Positions 19,848 to 28,357 of a DNA stretch of 64,000 bases are shown here, piece by piece. Numbering within the stretch: position 1 is the stretch's first letter; each line of letters begins with the position of its first letter. The stretch covers positions 2,784,001 to 2,848,000 of the forward strand of contig OY969724.1 of assembly GCA_963702205.1 (NCBI GenBank), written 5' to 3'. Under the pieces are notes generated by a model. That model did not search any database. It worked only from the letters and a program-made list of their open reading frames with translations, and was not told the origin of the DNA. The position numbers were made by a program, and so were the translations under genes. The stretch is from an uncultured candidate division Zixibacteria bacterium (GTDB taxonomy: Bacteria > Zixibacteria > MSB-5A5 > GN15 > PGXB01).

Positions 19848-20710
19848 TATCTTTCGAATCCTATTTTCTTTCTTTTTATCGTACCAAGATAATCCCTGGC
19901 CGAATAAAAATCAAATTTCCTGAACAACTTTTCCAGCTTTATCATCAGCGTGGAAATCGACCCATACTGACGGTATTTCTGCAGGGCATTCAACCCGTCC
20001 AATTTCGGATGCTCGCGGTCTATTTCCCACGGGTGTATATATAATACGGCGGGACGTTTATCGGCGTTAAGGCGATTAATCATCCACGCCGTAAACCAGA
20101 GTGGGCCATGGCGGAGATACCCTCCCCCGCCAACCGGGAAATTTTTGCCGAATATTCTTATGGTTGAAGCCGGGACTTCATACAGCGTCATGCCGTTATC
20201 GAGCTGCATACGAAACGTGCCGGTCGGGGCATCCGGCTCACCATAGAGATCGTGCGCGATGGGAAAAAGCGATGAATCGTACTCGAAACCCAGTTCGGCC
20301 AAAACTTCGAAGGCCCACTGAATTCTGGAGTTGATCGACCAGCTCGGAGCCCGGTATCCGACCGGGGAGATTCCGGTGGCCTTGAAAATGGCGTTGACGG
20401 CCATCTCCGTATCGCGTTTGAATTCATCGCGATCCAGAGTATCGACACGACGGTGATAATAACTGTGACAGCCGATTTCGTGGCCGGCTATTGCAATTTC
20501 TTTTATAATCTGCGGGAATTTTTCGGCCACCCAGCCCAGGACAAAAAACGTGGCCCGGACATGATAGTCAGCGAACAGCGAAAGTATCTCCCGCGTATTT
20601 TTCTCCACTCTTTTGGGAAGGTCTTCCCATTCTTCGCGGGCGATTACATCGCGAAGGTTCTCGACCACGAACCATTCTTCGAGGTCGACAGTCAGAATAT
20701 TGGTAACCAT
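19847..20710 (-). CDS. Polysaccharide deacetylase (DUF3473/EPS-locus type)
   Basis: LTVDLEEWF, ATFFVLGWVAE, GHEIGCHSY.H, GYRAPSWS, YDSS, GGGYLR and YIHPWEID motifs. Confidence 0.92.
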   Translation of the reverse strand: MVTNILTVDLEEWFVVENLRDVIAREEWEDLPKRVEKNTREILSLFADYHVRATFFVLGWVAEKFPQIIKEIAIAGHEIGCHSYYHRRVDTLDRDEFKRDTEMAVNAIFKATGISPVGYRAPSWSINSRIQWAFEVLAELGFEYDSSLFPIAHDLYGEPDAPTGTFRMQLDNGMTLYEVPASTIRIFGKNFPVGGGGYLRHGPLWFTAWMINRLNADKRPAVLYIHPWEIDREHPKLDGLNALQKYRQYGSISTLMIKLEKLFRKFDFYSARDYLGTIKRKKIGFER

Positions 20711-20731
20711 GACGACAGACTAAAGAAGATT

Positions 20732-21442
20732 TCAGCTTTTGGCGGATTTGGGCTTGTACTGGTAGCCATAATAATTATAATCGTAATAGTGCGGCAATGC
20801 CCGATCGAGGTTGTTGACCACGACGCCTATGAACTTGCCTTTGTTCCCGGCCAGCAGTTCGCTGGCCCGCGTTACGACCGATTTCTGCGTTCCTCCGGCC
20901 TTGACGACCATGATGGCGCCGTCGACTTCGTCAAGTAATATAAGCGGGTCCATGACCGGTACGAGCGGCGGAGAATCGACCAGTATCAGGTCATAATAAA
21001 ATTTCATTTCATCCATGATGCGATGAATATCGACACCGTTGATGACCTCGGACGGGTTATGAATCATGCGTCCGGCCGTCATAATGTCGAGGTTTTCCTC
21101 CGACGTATTTTTCACTACGGAACGGGCCGCCCTTTTGTCCATCAAAATATCCGAGACGCCTTTGTCGAGCGGCAGCGAAAACAGCCGGTGGACCGTCGGG
21201 CGCCTGAGGTCAAAATCGATCAGGAGGGTTTTTTTCTTTTTCAGCACCGCCGCCGTCATGGCAAGAAAAGCCGAAACGATCGACTTACCTTCGGAAAGTA
21301 TCGCCGATGTTACCAGCAGGGCTCGTTTTTCACCGCCGTTGCCGCTTCCGTTTATATTATGCAAAAGCCGCCGGAATTCGGTCGTCTCCGGGGCCTCCAC
21401 GTCAAAATATTCGAGTATCGATGGTTTCTTTTGCTGGGCCAT
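20732..21442 (-). CDS. CpsD/CapB family bacterial tyrosine kinase (stand-alone Wzc kinase domain)
   Basis: EFRRL, TSAILSEGKS, IDFDLRRP and DSPP motifs; C-terminal Tyr cluster HYYDYNYYGYQY. Start taken as ATG 21442 after GAGGGG. Confidence 0.92.
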   Translation of the reverse strand: MAQQKKPSILEYFDVEAPETTEFRRLLHNINGSGNGGEKRALLVTSAILSEGKSIVSAFLAMTAAVLKKKKTLLIDFDLRRPTVHRLFSLPLDKGVSDILMDKRAARSVVKNTSEENLDIMTAGRMIHNPSEVINGVDIHRIMDEMKFYYDLILVDSPPLVPVMDPLILLDEVDGAIMVVKAGGTQKSVVTRASELLAGNKGKFIGVVVNNLDRALPHYYDYNYYGYQYKPKSAKS

Positions 21443-21449
21443 AACCCCT

Positions 21450-22574
21450 CTAATTATCCGACTTGGCAATATCCGTGGTCGTATCGCAAATGCGGGAATA
21501 TTCATCCTCGCTGAGTTTCAAAGCCCTGCCGGCCGCTCTGAAGCCCGGATTCAATTCAAGGCCTTTTTTCAGGTATTCTATGCCTTTCTGCCAATCAAAG
21601 CGGGCCTGGTGCAAATAACTCAGAGCCAGTTCATAGAACAAGTCAACGTAATTCGGGTTCCGGGTGAGTTCGTTTTCGAGATAAGAAATGCGTTCGGTAA
21701 TCTGGCTGCGGCTCACCCAGTCGGTGTACATCAGGAAGCGGTCGAAATATTTGGCTTTCTTGGTCATGCGGCTTTTCTTAAAATTATCCCGCACCTTTAC
21801 TATCAGATCATATGCTTCCTGCAGATTGTTATCGGACAGGGCCTCCAGCGATTGCGAATATTCTCTCGACTTGAAATCCGGCTGAATGACGGTCGCTTTG
21901 CTCAGATAATCGAGTGCTTTGGATTTCAATTCCGAATACATATCGAAATCCTCGTGGCTGATGCCGTTATGGATGTACGTCAGCGCGAGATTCAAATACG
22001 CCTCTGCATAGTAGACGTTTAACTTCAGAGCTTCTTCGAATTCAATGACGGCCCTTTTGATCGAACCGGCCGTCAGACACACCTCTCCGAGATTGTTGTG
22101 ATAATCGGCGAATCGAGGAGACAGTTCGACCGCTCTTTCGGCGGCTTTGGCGGCTTCTTCGGTATTTCCGCAAGCCGTTTCGGCCTGTGATAAAACGAAA
22201 AAGGCCTGATGATAATTATTGCGCAATTCGCACGACAGCCTCAATAAATTGCATGCCTCGGCATTTAGGCCTTTGTGAAACAAGGCCGAACCGAGATGGT
22301 ACAGAACTTCCGGATCACCTTTTTCTTTCGCTTCATGAATGCTCTTAAGCAGGAATTCCAGTTCTTCTTTCTTGCGATTGTGCGTCAATTTCAACAGATT
22401 CAGAAGCTCACCTTCGGGGGCGTCGTCGGAATATGGCATTACGCTTGATTCCAGCAGGTCGCCGTCCACGAACAGCGAACTGCGCACTACCTTCTGGCGC
22501 GTATCGTGCACTGTTTGCACCATAAATTCCTTTTTATCGTCAACCACCCGGCTGGTCAAATTATTTGATTCCAT
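21450..22574 (-). CDS. Cytoplasmic TPR protein
   Basis: TPR motifs (VLYHLGSAL, FADYHNNLG, YAEAYLNLA, NPNYVDLFYELA) after a non-TPR N-terminal domain. Confidence 0.85.
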   Translation of the reverse strand: MESNNLTSRVVDDKKEFMVQTVHDTRQKVVRSSLFVDGDLLESSVMPYSDDAPEGELLNLLKLTHNRKKEELEFLLKSIHEAKEKGDPEVLYHLGSALFHKGLNAEACNLLRLSCELRNNYHQAFFVLSQAETACGNTEEAAKAAERAVELSPRFADYHNNLGEVCLTAGSIKRAVIEFEEALKLNVYYAEAYLNLALTYIHNGISHEDFDMYSELKSKALDYLSKATVIQPDFKSREYSQSLEALSDNNLQEAYDLIVKVRDNFKKSRMTKKAKYFDRFLMYTDWVSRSQITERISYLENELTRNPNYVDLFYELALSYLHQARFDWQKGIEYLKKGLELNPGFRAAGRALKLSEDEYSRICDTTTDIAKSDN

Positions 22575-22634
22575 CGCTTTCTCCCAATCATGAAAGCCGT
22601 GTATTGAAACTAATTAATAACTCACGTTACTTCA

Positions 22635-23651
22635 TTATGGATTATTATTATTATTGTTATTGTTCAAGGTCGTAATCAGCAGCACCGCCGTTGATACCGC
22701 TCCGAGCAAAGTCACAACGTCCGACAGGCTCCCTCCAATCCCGAAAATACCGGAGCGCTTTTGCCCCATCACGATCGTATCTTCCGGCCGGATAAAGTAC
22801 CTGCCGGGTTCCCCCGACTTTTCGTACTTCTTTAAATTGAATTCCAGCGTCTGCGTTTTAAGGCCGTCTTTGGTTATCACGGTAACCGTCTTCAGGTTCG
22901 CCTCGGGGGTCGGTCCGCCGGCCAAAGCGATGGCATCAAGAAGGTCAATATTTTCCACGAGATCGTGATGACCCGGCAAATTCACTTCCCCGACCGCATA
23001 AAACAAGTTTTTGCCAGCGGCTCGCTCGGCCACCGTTCTTCCCGGCAAACCGGCCGGAGCCGGAGGAATTTCGATAGTGTCATCGGAGTAGATTTTGGGC
23101 AGCTGGTCGCGATGCCCGGATGTCATAAGATTCGAGACGTTGAACACCTCGACCTGCCCGGAGCGTTCACCGCCCCGAATGATTGTGACATGGGTCAGGT
23201 CTCCGGTTTCGGTTATCCCTCCGGCCTCATTGATAATGGTCCAGAGATCGGGAATGACTTCAAACGTATATTTTCCCGGGTTGTGCACCTGGCCGGAAAT
23301 AAAGACTTTGAGATTGCCATAGACGCTGACCCTGACCACGACCTGAGAAATGGCTTTGTTATATCGTGACATCTGCCGGATAATCTGTTTTTCCAGTTCG
23401 GTAGTAGTCAGGCCGGCCGCTTCCACTTCGCCAATGATATCCAGTGAGATCTTTCCGTCCTGCTGAACCGTCACGACCGCGTCGTGAGTACTATCCTGCC
23501 AGAATTTGACTTCCAGAACGTCGCCGGGGCCGATAATATATCCCTCGGCCACGATATCCACCGCGACGGATAAAATGACAACACCCAATATCAGCGCGAA
23601 AAGAAGCGTCGTGTTAAAATTGGATTTTTGATTTATTCGTTTTTTTTCCAT
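22635..23651 (-). CDS. Polysaccharide export protein (Wza/OPX family, Poly_export + SLBB)
   Basis: YIIGPGDVLEV, V..DGKISL..IGEV.AAGLT, two SLBB repeats (GQV..PG; GEV..PG, IALAGG) and a C-terminal hydrophobic helix. Confidence 0.9.
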   Translation of the reverse strand: MEKKRINQKSNFNTTLLFALILGVVILSVAVDIVAEGYIIGPGDVLEVKFWQDSTHDAVVTVQQDGKISLDIIGEVEAAGLTTTELEKQIIRQMSRYNKAISQVVVRVSVYGNLKVFISGQVHNPGKYTFEVIPDLWTIINEAGGITETGDLTHVTIIRGGERSGQVEVFNVSNLMTSGHRDQLPKIYSDDTIEIPPAPAGLPGRTVAERAAGKNLFYAVGEVNLPGHHDLVENIDLLDAIALAGGPTPEANLKTVTVITKDGLKTQTLEFNLKKYEKSGEPGRYFIRPEDTIVMGQKRSGIFGIGGSLSDVVTLLGAVSTAVLLITTLNNNNNNNNP

Positions 23652-23698
23652 CCCTGGTTTCCTTATACGCCCCGCTCGTAGCGGGGGTCCATTATTTG

Positions 23699-23725
23699 TT
23701 ATCGGCAATTATCTTATGATATATA
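23699..23725 (-). promoter_or_regulatory. Sigma28-like promoter upstream of wza-like gene
   Basis: TATA-N15-GCCGATAA (perfect -10 element). Confidence 0.5.
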
Positions 23726-23789
23726 TTTTATGCCCCGAAGACATTCAACTAATTTATTTAAACCAAATGCTATTGCAAAACCGCATCAA

Positions 23790-25436
23790 TCAGCCTGGGG
23801 ATGACGGGGGCGACATTTCCGGCTCGAACATTTGTGAACAGTTGCGGCCTGAGGCTTTGGCATCCAGCAGCGCCAGGTCGGCCGAATGAACCAGGTCCTC
23901 CCCGGTTTTGGCGTCGGTCGGGAAAACCGCACCGCCGATCGAGACCGAATAGAATATCTCTTCCGGGACGTCTTTTAAAGACACCGGCGAAGAAGCGATT
24001 TTCTGCCGCAGACGTTCCATAAAATGATGAGTGTTGTCTTTATCGGTCTCGGGCAGTATCAAGCAAAATTCATCCCCTCCATAACGAGAGACGACATCGA
24101 TCGCACGAACCGATTCCGTCAACATCTGTGCAAATGAGATCAGGAGCCGGTCGCCCGCCTGATGGCCAAAGCGATCATTGATGGTCTTGAGGCTGTCAAT
24201 ATCCATAATCAAGAGCGCAATCGGATGGGGGTATCGTTTGGCCCTGCCGATTTCTTCTTCGAGCCGGGACCGGAAAAATCTGTAATTGTGGACTTCGGTA
24301 AGGCCATCGGTATAAGACAGCTCCTCGGCTTGTTCGAGCCTGTGGATGTTTTCGATTATGGGTCGCGCATCGCGGCGGAAACGGTCTAATTTATCTTCAA
24401 TTTCGTCGGGTTTGTTTTTTGACGACCACCCTATAAGCGCCCTGACGCCATCGGTCCACGGCATAGTCGTTACGAAGTCGATCTTATTTTGCCGCATCGT
24501 ATCCGCGGCGGATTTCAATGATGGTGGCAATTCGGAGTCGTCTTTTACGGCCCGAATTTTGGATCCTTCCCAACCCGAGCCGGATTTCAGCAGGGTTTCA
24601 CGAAGGGCCGCCTTTCCCCTGTCATCGAGGTTCCAGTCGAACGATATAAATGAATCCCTCGAACCCGACGACCCGGCATAAAAGAACATCCTTGAAAAAT
24701 CGCACTCCTTGCGCAGCATATCGACCAGTTCGGCGGCAAGACGGCGGCTGTCCTTAATGCGCAAAATCGACGGCAAATTGCGGGCTACAATCGAAGTTCC
24801 GTCCCCGCTTGTCGTCCGGCCGACACGTTTAATCCTGTTTTCGCTGATTTTAATCGTTTTTTCCTGAAAGTAAATATGATAGGCGGTGGCGAGATTCAAC
24901 GCCAACGCCGAAGTCAAAAGCTGGACGATTCTGTTTTTCTTGTCAAGATCGGTGTGAATTAAGTACAACCCATAAAACCTGTCCCGGCTGAATACCGGGA
25001 AAAACAAGTTCAACCCCAGCCCCTGAATCTTTTTGGCATAGTCATCGCCGAGGATATTTTTAAGCTCCGAAATGTCTTCGGCCGCCGAGAATTGCCTCAA
25101 GCCGTCCTGAATGGCCCTGGTTAGCTGCATCCTGAAAAAATGTCTTGGCGGAATTTTCAAGCCGCTGAAATAATTCAACTCCAGATTTTCGTGGTAATTC
25201 TTGAGATAAACAATTCGCTGGCAGGCCATGTGTTGTTTCAAAATATCCGAAACCTGCCCGGCAATATTCTGAATATTACCGGTCCGGCCGTTGGCTTCAA
25301 AGGCCCTAATAAGGCCGTCGACAGCCTCCCGGCGCAGATTGACAAGGCCCTTTTCCGTCCGATGACGGCGCCATAAAAGCACCGACAAAATCAACGTACA
25401 AAGACCCAGAGCGATTATTAAGACATCCTGCCACAT
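23790..25436 (-). CDS. Membrane-anchored diguanylate cyclase (GGDEF)
   Basis: N-terminal TM; TDGLT, DIDSLKTINDRFGHQAGD, an RAID I-site five residues before an intact GGDEF, and SIG motifs. Confidence 0.93.
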   Translation of the reverse strand: MWQDVLIIALGLCTLILSVLLWRRHRTEKGLVNLRREAVDGLIRAFEANGRTGNIQNIAGQVSDILKQHMACQRIVYLKNYHENLELNYFSGLKIPPRHFFRMQLTRAIQDGLRQFSAAEDISELKNILGDDYAKKIQGLGLNLFFPVFSRDRFYGLYLIHTDLDKKNRIVQLLTSALALNLATAYHIYFQEKTIKISENRIKRVGRTTSGDGTSIVARNLPSILRIKDSRRLAAELVDMLRKECDFSRMFFYAGSSGSRDSFISFDWNLDDRGKAALRETLLKSGSGWEGSKIRAVKDDSELPPSLKSAADTMRQNKIDFVTTMPWTDGVRALIGWSSKNKPDEIEDKLDRFRRDARPIIENIHRLEQAEELSYTDGLTEVHNYRFFRSRLEEEIGRAKRYPHPIALLIMDIDSLKTINDRFGHQAGDRLLISFAQMLTESVRAIDVVSRYGGDEFCLILPETDKDNTHHFMERLRQKIASSPVSLKDVPEEIFYSVSIGGAVFPTDAKTGEDLVHSADLALLDAKASGRNCSQMFEPEMSPPSSPG

Positions 25437-25463
25437 ATACTTGCAAAGACTTCCTCAATTTAA

Positions 25464-25491
25464 AATATACTTAATTAAAAGTTCATGTCAA
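25464..25491 (-). promoter_or_regulatory. Sigma70-type promoter for the GGDEF gene
   Basis: TTGACA-N16-TATATT, then GAGGA upstream of ATG 25436. Confidence 0.65.
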
Positions 25492-25498
25492 CGATATA

Positions 25499-25816
25499 TC
25501 AGGAGTGCTTCCAGGATCGACGGGCAAAACGAAATCTTGATTTGCGCAGAGCCAGACCTTTGTTTTTCAGTATCTTGAAAACCCTCCACCAGCTTATGTC
25601 ACAGTGCGGAATGGATTCTTCGACAACAACCTTTAGTTCGGAAATTGTATAAAACGGGTCTTTTTTAATAGCGTCAAGGACGACCGATTCGGCATTGGCC
25701 GAGACGGCGATATGCATTCCCGGATCAAGGCTGGGCTTCTGGCCCCCCGATGGCGACATGACCGAAGCTATAGTCGGAAGGTCTTCAACGACGGTTGTGA
25801 CGCCGCCTACCGGGGC
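25499..25816 (-). CDS. Basic HTH-like domain ORF in the -1 frame of the STAS gene (probable C-terminal extension)
   Basis: …VVLDAIKKDPFYTISEL…ISWWRVFKILKNKGLALRKSRFRFARRS. No SD precedes ATG 25759, and the frame stays open back through the A9 run. Confidence 0.65.
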   Translation of the reverse strand, partial: APVGGVTTVVEDLPTIASVMSPSGGQKPSLDPGMHIAVSANAESVVLDAIKKDPFYTISELKVVVEESIPHCDISWWRVFKILKNKGLALRKSRFRFARRSWKHS

Positions 25817-26199
25817 TTTTTTTTTAGGGTCCCTCGTTCCGAAGACCCTTCAAAATCGCCTTTAGCCATGTTTACGCTATCGTAGGAACTCAAAATATTG
25901 TCGAATTCCAAAAGTTCATAAATCTCGTAAACATTGGCCACCATATTGGCCAGCTTGATATCGCCGCTTTTGTCCCGAATTTCCTTGATACGAGAGATAA
26001 ATATGCCCCATCCGGCCGATGAGATATAATCCACTCCGGCCAGATCGAGAATAATTTTGTACCGGCCTCGTTTCAAAAGCCGTTCGAGCACTTCTTCCAG
26101 ATTGGTGGCGGTGAGTGTATCTATCACACCGTCGATACGCACGACCGACACATCGGCGTCGCGACCGCTTTCCGAAACGGATATCTTAATGTTCTCCAT
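25807..26199 (-). CDS. STAS anti-sigma factor antagonist (RsbV/SpoIIAA family)
   Basis: VVRIDGVID, IILDLAGVDYISSAGWG (phosphorylatable Ser region) and GDIKLAN..V.EI.ELL. Confidence 0.93.
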   Translation of the reverse strand: MENIKISVSESGRDADVSVVRIDGVIDTLTATNLEEVLERLLKRGRYKIILDLAGVDYISSAGWGIFISRIKEIRDKSGDIKLANMVANVYEIYELLEFDNILSSYDSVNMAKGDFEGSSERGTLKKKPR

Positions 26200-26283
26200 A
26201 CCCTGATATTATAGGCTTTTTCCCTGCCTGTCCCCAAGAAAAAAATTTACTTTTTTAATATTTTATCAATAAATAGAATCCGG

Positions 26284-28287
26284 CTATGTAATACTATGGG
26301 ATTCCAAAGGTGACTCGCCATTCTTCTTTCCTTTAGGCGGACAGCCGATCAAAACGAACGTTATATCATCGCTCTGTTCGGCGGTTCCGGCATGACGATC
26401 AATGTCCTCCAGAATAAGCTCCGAAATCCGGCCAGGCGGCAAATACGAATTACCGCAGACGTTGTCGTTAAAGAACGTCATCAGCCTTTCCATGCCGTAC
26501 TTTTGACCGGTCCGGTTCATCGATTCGGTGATACCGTCCGAATAAATAAAGATAATATCACCCTGCCTGATCTTAATTTCCTGCTGCTTAAGTTTCTCGT
26601 AAAATACTTTGTCTTCCAGCGGCATACCCAGCGGGGGTCCGGAAGGATTCAGTTGAGCCGTCACCCCTTTCCTTGAGTCGTAATAAATCAGCGGATTGTG
26701 TCCCGCCGACACAAAATTAAACCTCCGGTCGGGAACGTTATAAACGCCCAGCATAATTGTTACGAAAATTCCGGGCGGAATGTCATTTTTGATATGTTCA
26801 TTGACACTGACAAGAATACTATGGGCCGATTTCATCCCTTTGGCTTGTATCCGAATAACGGTTCGCAGTACCGACATTACCAGCGAGGCCGGGATGCCCT
26901 TGCCGGAAACGTCGGCGACGAGCAAGCAATAATTGTTTTCGTCGATTTGAAAAATATCGAAAAGATCGCCGCCGATCCTATAGGCGGCCCGGTAGAAAGT
27001 GCCAACTTCGATGCCCGGTATATCCGGGAGTTTGCTCGGAAGAAGCGTCTCCTGAATCTGTCCCGCGACTTCGATTTCCTTGGCGACTCTTTCCCTCTCG
27101 ATAATATTATTGCGGTCGCGCCGCAAACGGCTCATCATTTCGTTTAAAGCTTTGGATATCTCGAAATATTCTTCCACTCCCTCCGGTGGGACTTCCGTCT
27201 CGATGTCGCCCGATGAAAACCGCCGAACTTTTTCGGTGATTCTAACAATCGGACTGACGAAATAATTTGACAGAAGATAGATGCCGCCCACCCCGACTGC
27301 GAGGCCGAGTATGGTCCACAAGACTATTACACGACGTTCGCGGCCGATAACCTGATTGATTTGTTCGCTGGAATAAGTCATGTGAACCCGGCCGATAGCG
27401 TGACCGCCGCTCGTTATGTCGGAGACAAGATAATGGCTGTACTTGCCTTCCTGAGGAATATCCTGTGGGACTCCGATTAGATTAATGTCCGTATTGGCGA
27501 ACGGCTCAAAAGTTTTCCGCAGGTTTCGTATATTTCGCGTGTCGGCGAGGATAATGCCGTTATCCGCCGTCAGGACGATCATGGTCAGTTCGGGATTGGC
27601 ATGCATATAACTGATTACCAGTTCGTCGAACTCGACGTCGGAGCGACGATTCAGAATGTACCCGGAAGCCTGATCGGCCACGGTCAATGACAGTGACCGG
27701 ACGATATCGTTAAGATGAGATTTGATCGTATTGGTCGTGCGCGTGTCAATGATAATATAGGCCCCGACAATAATGGTCAGCATAATCAAAAAGGTGTATA
27801 GGGAAAACTTGACCCTCAGCGTGAACATGCGTCCCAGAAACAGCCGGGCTTTTTCCGGCTGGCGGGATACGACTTTGGTCATGCGCAGTTCATTGAAACC
27901 CGGTGACGTGATATATTCCACCGAGTCCATGATTTTCCCAATCATGTAAAAACCCAAGCCACCTTTGCGCCCGGACTCGACCAGCTTCCGGAGGTCTAAT
28001 TTGCCCGTCGCGTCCGGCTCGAACGAACGACCGTGATCGATCAAAGAAAACACGATACGTTTTTTAAAAATGATAATGCGGATTCGCATCAGGCCTTTTT
28101 CGTACACATAGGCGTGGCGAATGATATTGGATACGCCTTCTTCTATGGCCAGCAGGACCGCCCCGGTACCCTTACGGGATAATCCGGCGTTGATACAGGT
28201 TTCACGGATCAGATTCTGGATCGAAGGCAGATACCTGTCTTCGGCCTGATATTCGGCGTTGATTTCTTTTACCGGTTTGAAGAACAT
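26284..28287 (-). CDS. Membrane protein: RsbW-like HATPase kinase - TM - periplasmic domain - TM - HAMP - SpoIIE/PP2C phosphatase
   Basis: Kinase motifs EEGVSNIIRHAY, IDHG and GGLG; two TM segments; HAMP (PIVRIT…ALNEM); PP2C motifs GGDLFD, ADVSGKG, SAGHNP, YSDGITE and DDIT. Confidence 0.92.
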   Translation of the reverse strand: MFFKPVKEINAEYQAEDRYLPSIQNLIRETCINAGLSRKGTGAVLLAIEEGVSNIIRHAYVYEKGLMRIRIIIFKKRIVFSLIDHGRSFEPDATGKLDLRKLVESGRKGGLGFYMIGKIMDSVEYITSPGFNELRMTKVVSRQPEKARLFLGRMFTLRVKFSLYTFLIMLTIIVGAYIIIDTRTTNTIKSHLNDIVRSLSLTVADQASGYILNRRSDVEFDELVISYMHANPELTMIVLTADNGIILADTRNIRNLRKTFEPFANTDINLIGVPQDIPQEGKYSHYLVSDITSGGHAIGRVHMTYSSEQINQVIGRERRVIVLWTILGLAVGVGGIYLLSNYFVSPIVRITEKVRRFSSGDIETEVPPEGVEEYFEISKALNEMMSRLRRDRNNIIERERVAKEIEVAGQIQETLLPSKLPDIPGIEVGTFYRAAYRIGGDLFDIFQIDENNYCLLVADVSGKGIPASLVMSVLRTVIRIQAKGMKSAHSILVSVNEHIKNDIPPGIFVTIMLGVYNVPDRRFNFVSAGHNPLIYYDSRKGVTAQLNPSGPPLGMPLEDKVFYEKLKQQEIKIRQGDIIFIYSDGITESMNRTGQKYGMERLMTFFNDNVCGNSYLPPGRISELILEDIDRHAGTAEQSDDITFVLIGCPPKGKKNGESPLESHSIT

Positions 28288-28357
28288 ATAAAATAACGTA
28301 AAGTAAACCGGGATTTATCTCAATATTAAAACGTTCTCGGGCGTGTAAGTAATTCGA

